From: Chiloscyllium plagiosum | Lineage: Eukaryota | Direction of reading: 5' to 3' | Length of the DNA stretch: 64,000 bases | Assembly (NCBI RefSeq): GCF_004010195.1 | Contig: NC_057711.1 | Location: 69,319,850 to 69,383,849, forward strand | Part shown: positions 1-11,514 of the stretch, piece by piece | Layout: each line of letters starts with the position of its first letter | How positions within the stretch are numbered: the first letter of the stretch is position 1 | Position numbers and translations under genes: made by a program | Notes under the pieces: model-generated | Databases searched by the model: none | The model's input: only the letters and a program-made list of their open reading frames with translations | Told to the model about the DNA's origin: nothing

Positions 1-2048
1 GTCAACAGCAATCAGCACATCTTAACCATCCTCTTGCGCATTCTGGCCACCTCTAGGACAGCCCACCCCAGTACCCACCTGGGGTGATAGCACTGAGGAC
101 AGTATGTCTGTCTTCTGACTCAAGGTCTGCCCCTACATACCATCTGGCTGTTGCCTACCCAGACACCATTCGGCCCGCAGACTGCCCTGACACACCTTTA
201 GGACAGCCCATCCCCCTTCCCTCCAACTCCTGGCCCATCCATAGCCAACCGGACCCACTCACGAGGGCACAGTATATTGTAAAGATGCAGGTAACTCAAG
301 GGTTGGGTCTACTCCTGAACTCCAGGGCACAGCAAATGCTCACCTCCCAGCACATATGCAGGTGTTCAGTCTTTGCAGAGATCTACTCACAGAAACAGCT
401 CATCTGGAAAAGTGCATTTCCTCACAGGGACTCAGTCCAACCACAAAAAAGTGAACACACATTCAAAATACAAAGAAATCCGAAGTGCAAGGGCTAAGCC
501 CTGCTACAAGAGTCAGCATAGCCCTTTTTTCAAAGTAAAAAGGAAAAGCATAACACAGGCTGGAACCAGCCAGTGAAATAACAGTTAGAACATAGAAAAA
601 TACAGCGCAGTACAGGCCCTTTAGCCCTCGATGTTGCACTGATCCAAGCCCACCTAACCTACACTAGCCCACTATCCTCCATATGCCTATCCAATGCCCG
701 TTTAAATGTCCATAAAGAGGGAGAATCCACGACTACTACTGGCAGGGCATTCCATTAACTCACGACTTGCTGAGTAAAGAATCACCCCTAACATCTGTCC
801 TATACCTACCACCCCTTAATTTAAAGCTATGCCCCCTCGTAATAGCTGACTCCATATGTGGAAAAAGGTTCTCACGGTCAACCCGTCTTCTACAACTGCA
901 ACATGACCTCAGGACTCCAGAACTCAATTCCTTTACCAATAAAAGCCAGTACACCATATGCCTTCTTCACCGCACTATTTACCTGGGTGGCAACTTTCAG
1001 AGATCTGGTGTACATGGACACCAAGATCCCTCTGCTCATCCACACTACCAAATATCTGACCAGTAGCCCAGTACCCCATCTTTTTGTTACTCTTACCAAA
1101 GTGAATCACCTCACACTTACCTATATTGAACTCCATTTGCCACCTTTCTGCCCAGCTCTGCAGCTTATCTATATCCCGCTGTAACCTTCCTCACTGTCAA
1201 CAACTCCACCGACTTTTGTATCATCCACAAACTTGCTCACCCAACCTTCTAGCCCCTCCTCCAGGTCATTTATAAAAATGACAAACAGCAATGGTCCCAA
1301 AACAGATCCTTGCGGAACACCACTAGTAACTGCACTCCTTTACCATCAACTACTACCCTCTGTCTTTTTCCAGCCAGCCAATTCCTAATCTAAACCTCCA
1401 ACTCACCCTCAATGCCATACCTCCGTATTTTTTTGCAGTAGCCTACCATGGGGAACCTTATCAAACGCCTTACTAAAATCCATATATACCACATCTACCG
1501 CTTTAACCTCCTCTCCCTCCTTAGTTACCTTCTCAAAGAATTCAATAAGGTTTGTGAGGCACGACCTGCCCTTCACAAAACTATGCTGACTATCCTTGAT
1601 CACATTATTCCTATGCAGATATTCATAAATCCTATCCCTTACAATTCTCTCTAAGACTTTGCCCATAACAAAAGTGAGACTCACCGGCCTATACTTACTA
1701 GGGTTATCCCTACTCCCCGTCTTGAACAAGGGAACCACATTTGCTATCCTCCAGTCTTCTGGCACTACTCCTGTAGACAAAGAGGACATAAAAATCAAGG
1801 CCAATGGCTCTGCAATTTCCTCCCTTGCTTCCCAGAGAATTCTAGGATAAATGCCATCAGGCCCAGGGTACTTATCTATTTTCACCTAATGAGGGTTGAA
1901 TTACACCTGAAACACATTGACTGTGTAAATCAGGCAGTTTAGAAATCATTCCTCAATAAAAGGAATACCTAATGAACAAATTGGCTATATAGTTTAGCCC
2001 GTTAAGGAATCTGGTTCTCCCAAAACAGAGACCAACAGCAGTTGTAAC
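1..2048 (-). mobile_element. Non-coding LTR-inserted unit 0 (split by a CR1 at ~587-1885; 3' part outside window)
   Basis: 1-586 plus 1886-2048 share motifs with units 1-3, e.g. gcagcaaatgctcacc, catctggaaa.gtgca, gctaagccctg and acagtt|cctaatgag. Confidence 0.75.
587..1885 (-). mobile_element. CR1 LINE, 5'-truncated with internal deletions
   Basis: RT peptides PGPDGIYPRIL, YRPVSLT and VYMDFSKAFDKVPH; ttctatgttct-type 3' tail at ~587. Confidence 0.92.
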
Positions 2049-2243
2049 ACACTGACTGTGGTCCAGCCAGCACAGAGTCAGTCACCTAAACGGAGGACAC
2101 TCAAAATCTCCTGGTTATATTTCCTTCCTTTAGAGTCAGTCCCTTAAACTGTGGAGATTCTAAACCTCCAGGTTATAATCGGTTAGTCAGGGCTTTCCTG
2201 ATTGGCATTGTTAATCTGGGACAATCAAGGATCTCATAGTCAA

Positions 2244-3702
2244 GGTGTTGATGTGCATAGATCCTTGAAAAGTTGCCACCTAAGTTGATAGGAATGTTAA
2301 GAAGGCATGCTGAGTGTTAGTGTTTATTGGTAGAGAGATTGAGTTTCGGAGCCATGAGGTCACGTTGCAACTGTATGAAACTCTGGTGCGGCTGCACTTG
2401 AAGTATTGAGTGCAGTTCTGGTCACCGCATTACAGGAAGGATGTGGAAGTGTTGGAAAGGGTGCAGAGGACATTTACCAGGATGTTGCCCAGTATGGAGG
2501 GAAGGAGATGTGAGGAAAGGCTGAGGGACCTGGGGATTAAAGAAAGGGTTGAGAGGCGACTTAATAGAGGCATACAAGATGATCAGAGGATTAGATAGGA
2601 TGGACAGTGAGAGCCCTTTTCCTCAGATGGTGATGGCTAGCACAAGAGGACATAGCTTTAAATTGAGGGGTGTGTTAAGACGGACCCGCGGGGTCCCGTC
2701 TTTGCGTGTTCTTTCGGAAGGAGAGACTCACACTGGCAACTATGTTTAGACGCAGACAGCAGTTTATTCACAGAATCTTAACTGGTACAACGAATCTACA
2801 AGCATGCATTCATTGGAGAAGGCGTTGTGTCTTCTCGTTCAAACTTGACACAATTATACTTCGCGCTGTCTGGAGTCCCCGGTCAGTTCGCCTTCCCCAT
2901 TGGTCCATTCATCTGCGCGCACTGGGGATCCGTCCTCCTATTGGCCGCATCGAAGTGCCTGTCCAGCTCCTACTGTGCTTGACAATGGCTCAGCCATCCC
3001 CGGGAGCGGTTCCAATCCCGTATTCAATAGTTCATTGTTTCAAGGAATTACTATGCGTCTAACAGGCTAGCCATTTTCAATAGTTTCAGTTTAACTAAAT
3101 TGACAATTACACTTACCAACTTTAGACTTAAATAGAGCCATTCACACTCAATAGTTACAGGTTCCGATAGAGCAATTCACACTTGTCTAACAGGTACAGA
3201 TTCCGATCAGTTTCTTTATTAATCCCGAGTTTCGATGGGGCAATTGATACTGGCTGGTATTTACAGGCTCCAAGATTTAATTAAAATTATGCATATCCCA
3301 TACAAGCTCCAGCCAGGTAGTCATGCAGTCGCCAGAAGCAGCTCGCTTGGCTGTTGTTAACCATTTCAGGGCTGGAACTAGAAGTGTCTGTTGCAGAACT
3401 AGTGTCACCCTCCCTAGCCCTACATTAAACACCCCAGTGAAATCTCCCCAACAGGTGATAGATATTGGACAGATGTCAGAGGTACGTTCTTTACTCAGAG
3501 AGTAGTAAGGGTGTGGAATGCCCTGCCTGCAACAGTAGTACACTCGCCAACTTTGAGGGCATTTAAATGGTCATTGGATAAACATATGGATGAAAATGGA
3601 ATAGTGTAGATTAGATGAGCTTTCGATTGTTGCACCGACCCATGAAATCATCGAAAGCCAAAAGACCTGCACTGCGCTGTAATGTAAATGTTCTATGTTC
3701 TA
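2244..3702 (+). mobile_element. CR1 LINE 3' fragment split by an ERV-like solo LTR
   Basis: QFWSPHYRKDV and RGDLIEAYKMIRGLDR; the sequence resumes after 3457 and ends in a gttctatgttcta tail. Confidence 0.9.
2673..3453 (-). mobile_element. Solo LTR, 781 bp, ERV-like
   Basis: Termini TGTT...AACA with a perfect 4-bp target duplication GGTG (2669-2672 and 3454-3457). On the minus strand, CCAAT boxes, a TATA-like element (~2853) and AATAAA (~2763) occur in LTR order. Confidence 0.8.
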
Positions 3703-3864
3703 ATAAGATCCACCTGGTTACAATCACTATCTCCTGTGACATTTTCACCCCAGGTCTGGTTCCTCCAAATCAGATTCTGACACAGTGGCATGTATCGGGC
3801 CATAACCTGTCCCTTGTGTCCAGAGCATCTCGAGAGCGTTTTCTCCTCTTCTACCGGCGATAAT

Positions 3865-5299
3865 CCAAACCCCTATACTCAGTGCTATGGCCAATAAATG
3901 AATGCATACTAAATACCTTCTTCACTATCTAATCTACTGTAACTCCACTTTCAAGGAACTATGAACCTGCGCTTCAAGGTCTCTTTGTTCAGCAACACTC
4001 CCTAGGACCTTACCCCATTAAGTGTATATCCTGCCTTGATTTGTCTTTCCAACATGCAACACATCACATTTATTTAAATTAAACTCCATCTGCCACTCCT
4101 CAGCCCATTGGCCCATCTGATCAAGATCCTGTTGTACTCTGATGTAACCTTCACTGTCCACTATGCCTCCAATTTTGGTGTCATTTGCAAGTGTACTAAC
4201 TATACCTCCTATGTTCACATCCAAATCATTTATACAAATGAAGAAAAGCAGTGAACCCAGCACCGATCCTTGTGGCACACCACTGATACAGGCCTCCAGT
4301 CTGAAAAGCAACCCTCCACCACCCTGTCTTCTACCTTGAGTCAGCTCTGTATCCAAGTGGCTAGTTCTCCCTGTATTCCATATTATCTAATCTTGTTAAC
4401 TAGTCTATCTTGAGGAATCTTGTCAAATGCCTTACTGAAGTCCTTATAGATCACGTCCACCGCTCTGCCCTCATCAATCCTCTTTGTTATTTCTTCAAAA
4501 AAACTCAAACTAGTGAGGCATGATTTCCCATGCACAAAGCCATGTTGACTATCCCTAATCAGTCCTTGCCTTTCCAAATATATGTACATCCTCTCCCTCA
4601 GGATTCCCTCCAAGAACTTGCCACCACCAATGTCTATAGTTCCCTTGACTTTTCATTACCACCTTTCTTAAATAGTGGCACCATGTTAGCCAAACTCCAG
4701 TCTTCTGACACCTCACCTGTGACTATCGATTATCCAAATATTGTTAGGCCACTTTTGGAATATTGTGTGCAGTTTTGGTCTCCCTTCTATAAGAAGGATG
4801 TGTGAATCTTGAAAGGGTTCAGAGAAGATTTACATGGATTTTGCCAGGGTTGGAGGGTTTGAGCTAAAGGGAGGGGCTGAATAAGATGGGTCTGTTTTCC
4901 CCGGAGCGTCGGAGGCTGAGGGGTGGTCTTAGATGTTTATAAATCCTGAGGGGCATGGATAGGGTAAATAGACAAGGTCTTTTCCCTCATTTGGGGGAAG
5001 TCCAGAATTAGAGGGCTTAAGTTTAGGCTGAGACGGGAAAGATTTAAAAGGGACCAAAAAGGCTACTTTTTCATGCAGTGGGTGGTGCGTGTATGGAATG
5101 AGCTGCCAGAGGATGTGGTGGAGGCAGGTACAATTACAATATTTAAAACACACCTGGATGAGTACATTAATAGGAAGTGTTTAGAGGGATATGGGCCAAG
5201 TACTGGCAAATGGGACTAGATTAATTTAGGATAACTGGTCAGCATGGACTAGTTGGACCGATAGAGATGTACAGTGCGCAAACAGACCTATGATTCTAT
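3865..5299. mobile_element. CR1 LINE with inverted 5' part (3865-4735 minus, 4736-5299 plus)
   Basis: Minus part encodes DFSKAFDK and [10 protein letters not shown]; plus part encodes VRPLLEYCVQFWSP and runs to the tail; flanked by GATAAT on both sides. Confidence 0.85.
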
Positions 5300-5305
5300 G
5301 ATAAT

Positions 5306-8300
5306 GATATTGAGGCTGCATCCATCTCAGATTCTGACTTTTTCTTGATATATGACGAAGGGAGAGAACCCATGATTTCTGACAGGCCTTCTGGCTGTTC
5401 TGCGGAGCAAGTTATGTTTTGCTGCTGTCCCGTTTGAGAGGTAGCAACTTTCAAGTATCCACATGTTTGTTCAGGACTGCCTCACGCACTGAACTTTGTT
5501 AAGTCATGGGACCTGACCTCTTGTCAACTTCCCATCGTACCCATGCAGGGCCATTTCCATGGTTCTGGCACTAAACTTCATTCCCCGAAGTAAACTGTCC
5601 CTCTTGCTCAGAGGAAACATGTGGCCGGCATTGGCGTTCCTGCTGCTGTTTCACCCTCTTTCCCCCATCCAGGTCGGGGATTACCAGATTTAACCTGGTG
5701 TGTATCTACTCCCATCAGTAAATTCTGCTGGAGTGATTCCTACAGTTGTGTGAGGGGCAGTCCTATAATCAAATAGGAACCAGCACTGTTTAGTATTAAG
5801 TGAGCCTGTTTCTTTAAGCCTGCCTTCAATGTTTAGATCGCACTTTCTGCTAGACCATTGGATGATGGATGGATAATTGATTCCAAATGCCTTTCGACTT
5901 TCAGAAATACTCAAAATCCCTGATGGTAAATGACATACCATTGTCCATGACCAATACTTCCAGGAGTCCATGTATCATGATGCTCATAACTTTTCAGTTG
6001 TCATTCAGTTTGCTGAATGAACTCTATGCATGTACAACCACTTTGAATGAGCTTTCACAATGACCAGGAACATTGAGCTTATGAAAACACTGGCATAGTC
6101 GATATGCAACCAGGTCTAGCTATTCCTACGAATGTGGGAGTGCCAGTGTCGGCAACTTTTGTCCTTATTGGCACTCTGGGCACTGCCCCACCAATGCAGC
6201 AATATCGGCATCCAGTCCTAGCCACCAGACATAACTGCTTGTCAGCATCTTCATTTTGGAAACCCTGGATGACACTAATAGAGTTCAGTCAGTATCTGTC
6301 GGCGATCTTTATTCAGAATAATCACTCTTGCTCTCCATCGTAATATGCCATCTTTGACGGTGATCTGGGCTCACCAGGTCCAGAAAGGTTTCATTTCTGA
6401 TTGTGATAGCCTTCTGTTTCCTTCATTACCACCAGCTATTTTAGTTTTGCCAGATTCTGACGTTTTCTTGATAGCTGACAAAGGTAGAGATCTTTATGTG
6501 TCCATAGTTGGAAAGTGACAGCAGTGACCGGAAGGGTGTCCAGAAAGTTTAAAATCAGAACAGACTTTTCCAGGGGAGGCACCGCTGGTGGAGTATCTGC
6601 CTGTGGGAGTCAACTCAAGACATCTACATTAGCCACTTGGCTTCCTGGACGGTGTTCCAAATTGTATTTGTGTGCGTTCAGAATAAGGGCCTATTGCTGT
6701 ATTCGACCAGAAGATATGGGTGGCACTGTCTTGTCTTTTTTAAGTGGCTCTACCAAACGTTTGTGGCCCGTTACTATGACAAGCTCATGTCCGTAAAGGT
6801 ATTGATGGAACCTTCTCACACCAAAGACGACCGCCAAGCCTTCCTTCTCTATCTGGCCTATTTGCTTTCGGCATCAGCCAAAGTCCAGGAAGCATACACT
6901 ATTGGGTGTTCCTCTCTCTTGGGCCACTGGTGAGGCAACACTACTCCAATTCCGTAAGGGGAGATATCGCATGTCAGCACTGCCTCTCATTTCGGATCAT
7001 AGTGGGCCAGCATCTTAGAAGACAGCTGCATTTTCACTTCCCTAAAGGCTACTACTTGCTTATGCGACCATGTCCAAGGCTGGCCCTTTGTCAATGGCAG
7101 ATATAAAAGGTGCTAGGACTGAGGCCAGATGGTGTAATATTTTACCAACCCAAGAAAAGACCTAAGCTGTGGTACAGATGTGGGAGCTGGGACACCTTTG
7201 ATCATCCTCACTTTATGTTCCAATGGATATAACCAGGTTTTGTCTACTCTATAACCCAAGTAGGTAACTTGGGATGCCCGGAACACATTTTTCCTCTGTA
7301 AGACATATGCCCATCTGGGCGAAACTTTTAAACACTGTGTCCAAGTTCTCCAATTGCTCTTTATTGGTCTTCCCAGTTATTAACACATCATCCAGATAAA
7401 TGGCAATCTCAGGTAGCCCTTGTAAAATGTTTTCCATCGTCTGCTGGAACAGGGCGAAGACTGATGATACCCAAATGACAGTCTCATATGTTGGCACAAA
7501 CCATTATGGATATTAATTGTGGCATACATCTGGGACTCCTCATCCATTCACAACTGCAGGTAGGCATGGCTCACGTCTGCCTTTGTGAAGGACAGTACCC
7601 CCCCCGCCAATATTGCATACAATTCCTGTATGCAAGATATTGGGTATTTATCCAGCTGCAAGAAGCAGTTTACCATTTGTTTAAAATCCCCACAAAGGCG
7701 ATCTGAGCTGTTAGACTTCCCAATCGGTAAGACCGATTCCACAGACTGCACTGGTTTAATGCCAGCATCCTGATTTCTGCCTCTTCTTTTGCCTGCAAGG
7801 CAAATGGTACTGGGCTGACCTTGCAAAACTGCAGAATTGCTTCCTGGTCAATACGTAAGTGGCTTTGGCCCCTTTATAGTCCGTAGCCCTTCCTGAAAAG
7901 TTTCTGGATATTTCATTAAGACTTCACTAAGGCAGCCATTTTCTAATCAAAAAGTGTTCAGCCAATCAAGGTGAATCTTTCTCAGCCAATTCCACCCCAA
8001 TAGCCTTGGGCCCAAGCCTCGTACTACAATCAGTGGTAACTGCACTAACTGCTTCTCATAAGAGACTGGAACCAAAATCATATCCTTAATCTGTATCAGT
8101 TCCCCAGTGTATGTTCTCAGGCTGGCTGATAACTTGCACAAAACTATAGAACGATAGGACTCCATAGAAAATCATGTTAAATACAGTGTTTGCAACTACA
8201 GATAGAGCTGTGCTGGTATCAACCTCCTTGAGAACCAGGTGATCATTTAACCAAACATGAATTTCAATTGGTTCTGATTTGGATGTTGCGAAGCAACTTA

Positions 8301-9116
8301 ACTGTTCCAATCCACACATGTAGGTGGACTTTCCAGAGTGTGCACTGTACTCCAGTCAGGCTTGCAGGATTCCTTTGCTGTCTCAAGTCCGCATTCCGAC
8401 AGCAACTATAATGGTTTCCCAGCCCAGATCCTGAACAACCTTTAGCCATTTGACCGAGGCTCAGCTTTGTTGTCAGGTTTTGCTGTGGGCTGGCCGAGCA
8501 TTCCTCTACTCAGGATATGCTGTGTGTGACGCTTTGTGATTGCCTACACTGGAGTGGTGTTTCCAAAGCTCAGTTGGACAGGTGAGAGTGTTCACTTTTA
8601 TTGGGATGCCATGTAGCTCCCATGCTGCATTTTCTAAGGATAAAGCCAGTTGTAGTAGTGCCTTTTCAAAGTCTAGTTGGGCTTCATCTATTAGGCACTT
8701 TTGTATCATTAATTCCACATACCAAATAGCCTCTGAGCATCTCATTCAGGTTTAACCCAAAATCACATGCCTCTGCCAGTTGTCTTAATCTCATCAAAAA
8801 TTCCAATTCGGATTTCCCTGGTTCTTGAACAGCCACATAATCTGCTAGTGTTTCAGAATTAGAGGTGTGTTAGGGTCCTAATCTTCCTTAACCAAATCCT
8901 TCAACTCTTGGAATGATTAGTGTCTAATGCCTCTGGAAAAGTTAAGCCTTTAATAACTGAAAATTCTGCAGGTCCACAAGCAATCAGAAGGATTACTGGT
9001 TACTTTTCATCTGCCCCTATGTCATTTGCTTGGAAAAAGTATAACATTCTTTCCACATCTTGGGCCTAATCTTCCATGGCAGGATGGAACGAGTCAAGCT
9101 TCCCAAATAATTGCAT
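5306..9116 (-). pseudogene. Gypsy gag-pol remnant (Gag, protease, RT, RNase H, integrase) with many stops and frameshifts
   Basis: Minus-strand translations: MQLFGKLDSF (Gag start, 9116), EVDTSTALSV (protease), RLCGDFKQMVN and IAIYLDDVLITG (RT), CDISPYGIGVVL (RNase H), FLFDYRTAPHTTVGITPAE (integrase). Confidence 0.9.
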
Positions 9117-9335
9117 GATGCCAGAAGTGGTTACCCCAACTCAAAGACAACTGTTGTGAGCAAATGTTCTTCAAGCATGCACTGTTTTCTCCCATCGCCA
9201 CTGAAATAATTCCACAAATATCAGTATCCCATCACCAAGTCACCCTTTATTTACATGTGCACAGTCCACTGGCTGTCCACAGCCAGCTCTGAATTAGTCC
9301 CTGAAGTGAGGACTTTCTAACTGCCCTGTTTAATA

Positions 9336-11363
9336 TCTTTTATTCATAGTTACGCACACAACAGTAACTATACACGAGAAATAGCGATAGACCATAATCT
9401 CTCAAACAAACACTACATAATGCATATGAGGAATTTTCACACAGGTGACTGTCCTCTTATAGGGACCACAAGGACAGAAATCCAGGGGAAAAAAAAAGTC
9501 AATTTCAGACCCTAAGGGCACAGTTTATAGCAGGCAGAAGCCGACAATATACAATTGCAAACACTTTACACCTGCACCCAAGCACAAAGAAAAGCAGTCT
9601 ACATACACAGTTTTGCCGGAAAAAACATTCAACAATAAAAACTACTGATTACATAACTCAACTCACTCTGATGTCCTCCTGTCCCCGGGTAACCCACACA
9701 CCTGACACCAGTCCACACCATGTACTGATCAGACAGTCCTTGGCTAGCCTTCCTGCAGGATAGTCGTCGGCCTTCGGTCTTTGGCCACCCTGCATACTGA
9801 CCCATCCTCCCCAGGCCCACTTTTCTCCAGGCTGGTTGTCGACCACCCACCTCCCAGTCGTCTTGCATACTGACCAGACTATCCCAGACCGCTTTCCTAT
9901 GAGTAGGTTGTCAGTCTTCTGGTCTCCAGCCACCCTGCATACTGACTGACCCTCCCCAGCCCACTTTCCTCTGGCACAGTCGGCCACCGTCTCCCGGTTA
10001 CAATGTGTACTAACCAAACCACCCCAAACTGCTTTCATACCGGCGGGCTGTCGGCCTTCCAGCATCTGGCCGCCCCACGTACTGACCGACACTTTCACCT
10101 GGCCAGCATTCCTATGGACTGGCCATTGGTATTCCAGCTCCCAGCCTCCCCCTGCATACTGACTAGTCCTCCCCCGGTCGGCCTTCTTACAGGCTGCTGT
10201 CGGCCACCTGGCACAGCTTTCCCACGTAATGACCGGCTTGCCCTATACCATCATTTCTGCAGCCTTGCCCCGCGTACTGATAGGCTCCTCCTGGCCCACT
10301 TTCCTCAAGGCTGGTCATCGACCCTCCAGCCCCCAGTCAGCTCGCATACAGCCAGTTGCCTTTCCCCTGACCAGCTTTCCTACGGGCACACTGTCAGCTG
10401 CCTGGCCTCCGGCCACCATGCATACTAACAGACCCCCTCAGCCCACTTTTCCTCAGGCTTTTCATCGACCTTCCAGCTCCCGGCCTCTCTATATACTGAC
10501 TAGCCCACTCCAGCCTGCATCTCTCCGGGTCAATTATTGGCCACCCGGCCCCCGAGCGCACTATTGATTCCTCCCCCACCCCAGCACCTCAGTCCCCAGC
10601 CAAACTTCTAACCTCCAACCATTCAAGTACACATGCAAATATCCCTAACACAATTAATTACAAGACCCACATAGAGTAACATAGTTTACAAAATCCTCAC
10701 AATAGAGATTCTCAGCACCCAGGTAGAGTCCACACCTGCAGGCAGAGTCCATTGCAATGTGCAGAATCCACTCCTGAAGGCAGCAAATGCACACCCTACA
10801 GCACACACACAGGTGTTCAGTCTCCATTGAGGCCTGGTACATCCACAGAGGACCAGATCCACTCACAGGAATACAGTTCATTGTAAATGTGCAGGTAACT
10901 CACAGGGGCTCAGTCCACTCCTGAAGGTAGAGTCCATTCCAGTATGCAGCAAATGCTCACCACACAGCACTCACACAATCCTTACAGAGACCTAATCTAC
11001 TCACAGAGGCCCAGGCCTACTCACAGAGAAACAGTTCATCTGGAAGGGTGCAGTTGACTTACAGGGGCTCAATCCAAAGCACCAAAAAGTGAAAACAAAT
11101 GTAAAGAAGAAAGTGCAGACACTGAAAACCAGAGTGTAAGGGATAACCCCTGCCACAAAATCAGCATAGTCCTTTTCTCAAAACAAAACACAAAAAAAAG
11201 TAACACATAGGCTGCAAGCAAGTTCCCTAATGAGAACTGAAATACAGCAAATAACACACTGTGTAGATCAGCCAGCTCAGGAATGAGTCCTCAAAAAAGG
11301 AATACCAGTAACAAACTGTGCAGTTCAGGAATCAGGTCCCCAAAAACAAAAGCCAACAACAGT
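9336..11363 (-). mobile_element. Non-coding LTR-inserted unit 1 (~2.0 kb) with ~72-bp GC-rich tandem array
   Basis: Bounded by LTR-segment repeats; AATAAA at its minus-strand 3' end (tttatt at ~9339); shares its ~0.6-kb 5' region with units 0, 2 and 3. Confidence 0.75.
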
Positions 11364-11514
11364 ACACTGGCTGTGTATGGCCGGCCAGCCAGCTCAGAGT
11401 CAGTCACCTGAATTGAGGAGATTCTAATCTCCTGCTTGTATTTTTTTTTACACTGGCTGTAGCCAGCCAGCTCGGAGTCAGTCCCTGAAGTGAGGAGACT
11501 CTGTCCTGCTTATA

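Larger units (their letters stand above)
1..3731 (-). repeat. 3' LTR of Gypsy copy A (partial), interrupted by a non-coding unit and two CR1s
   Basis: LTR pieces at 2049-2243 (cagggctttcctgattgg...caatcaaggatctcatagtcaa) and 3703-3731 (aagatccacctggttacaatcacta) match the other LTR copies. Confidence 0.8.
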
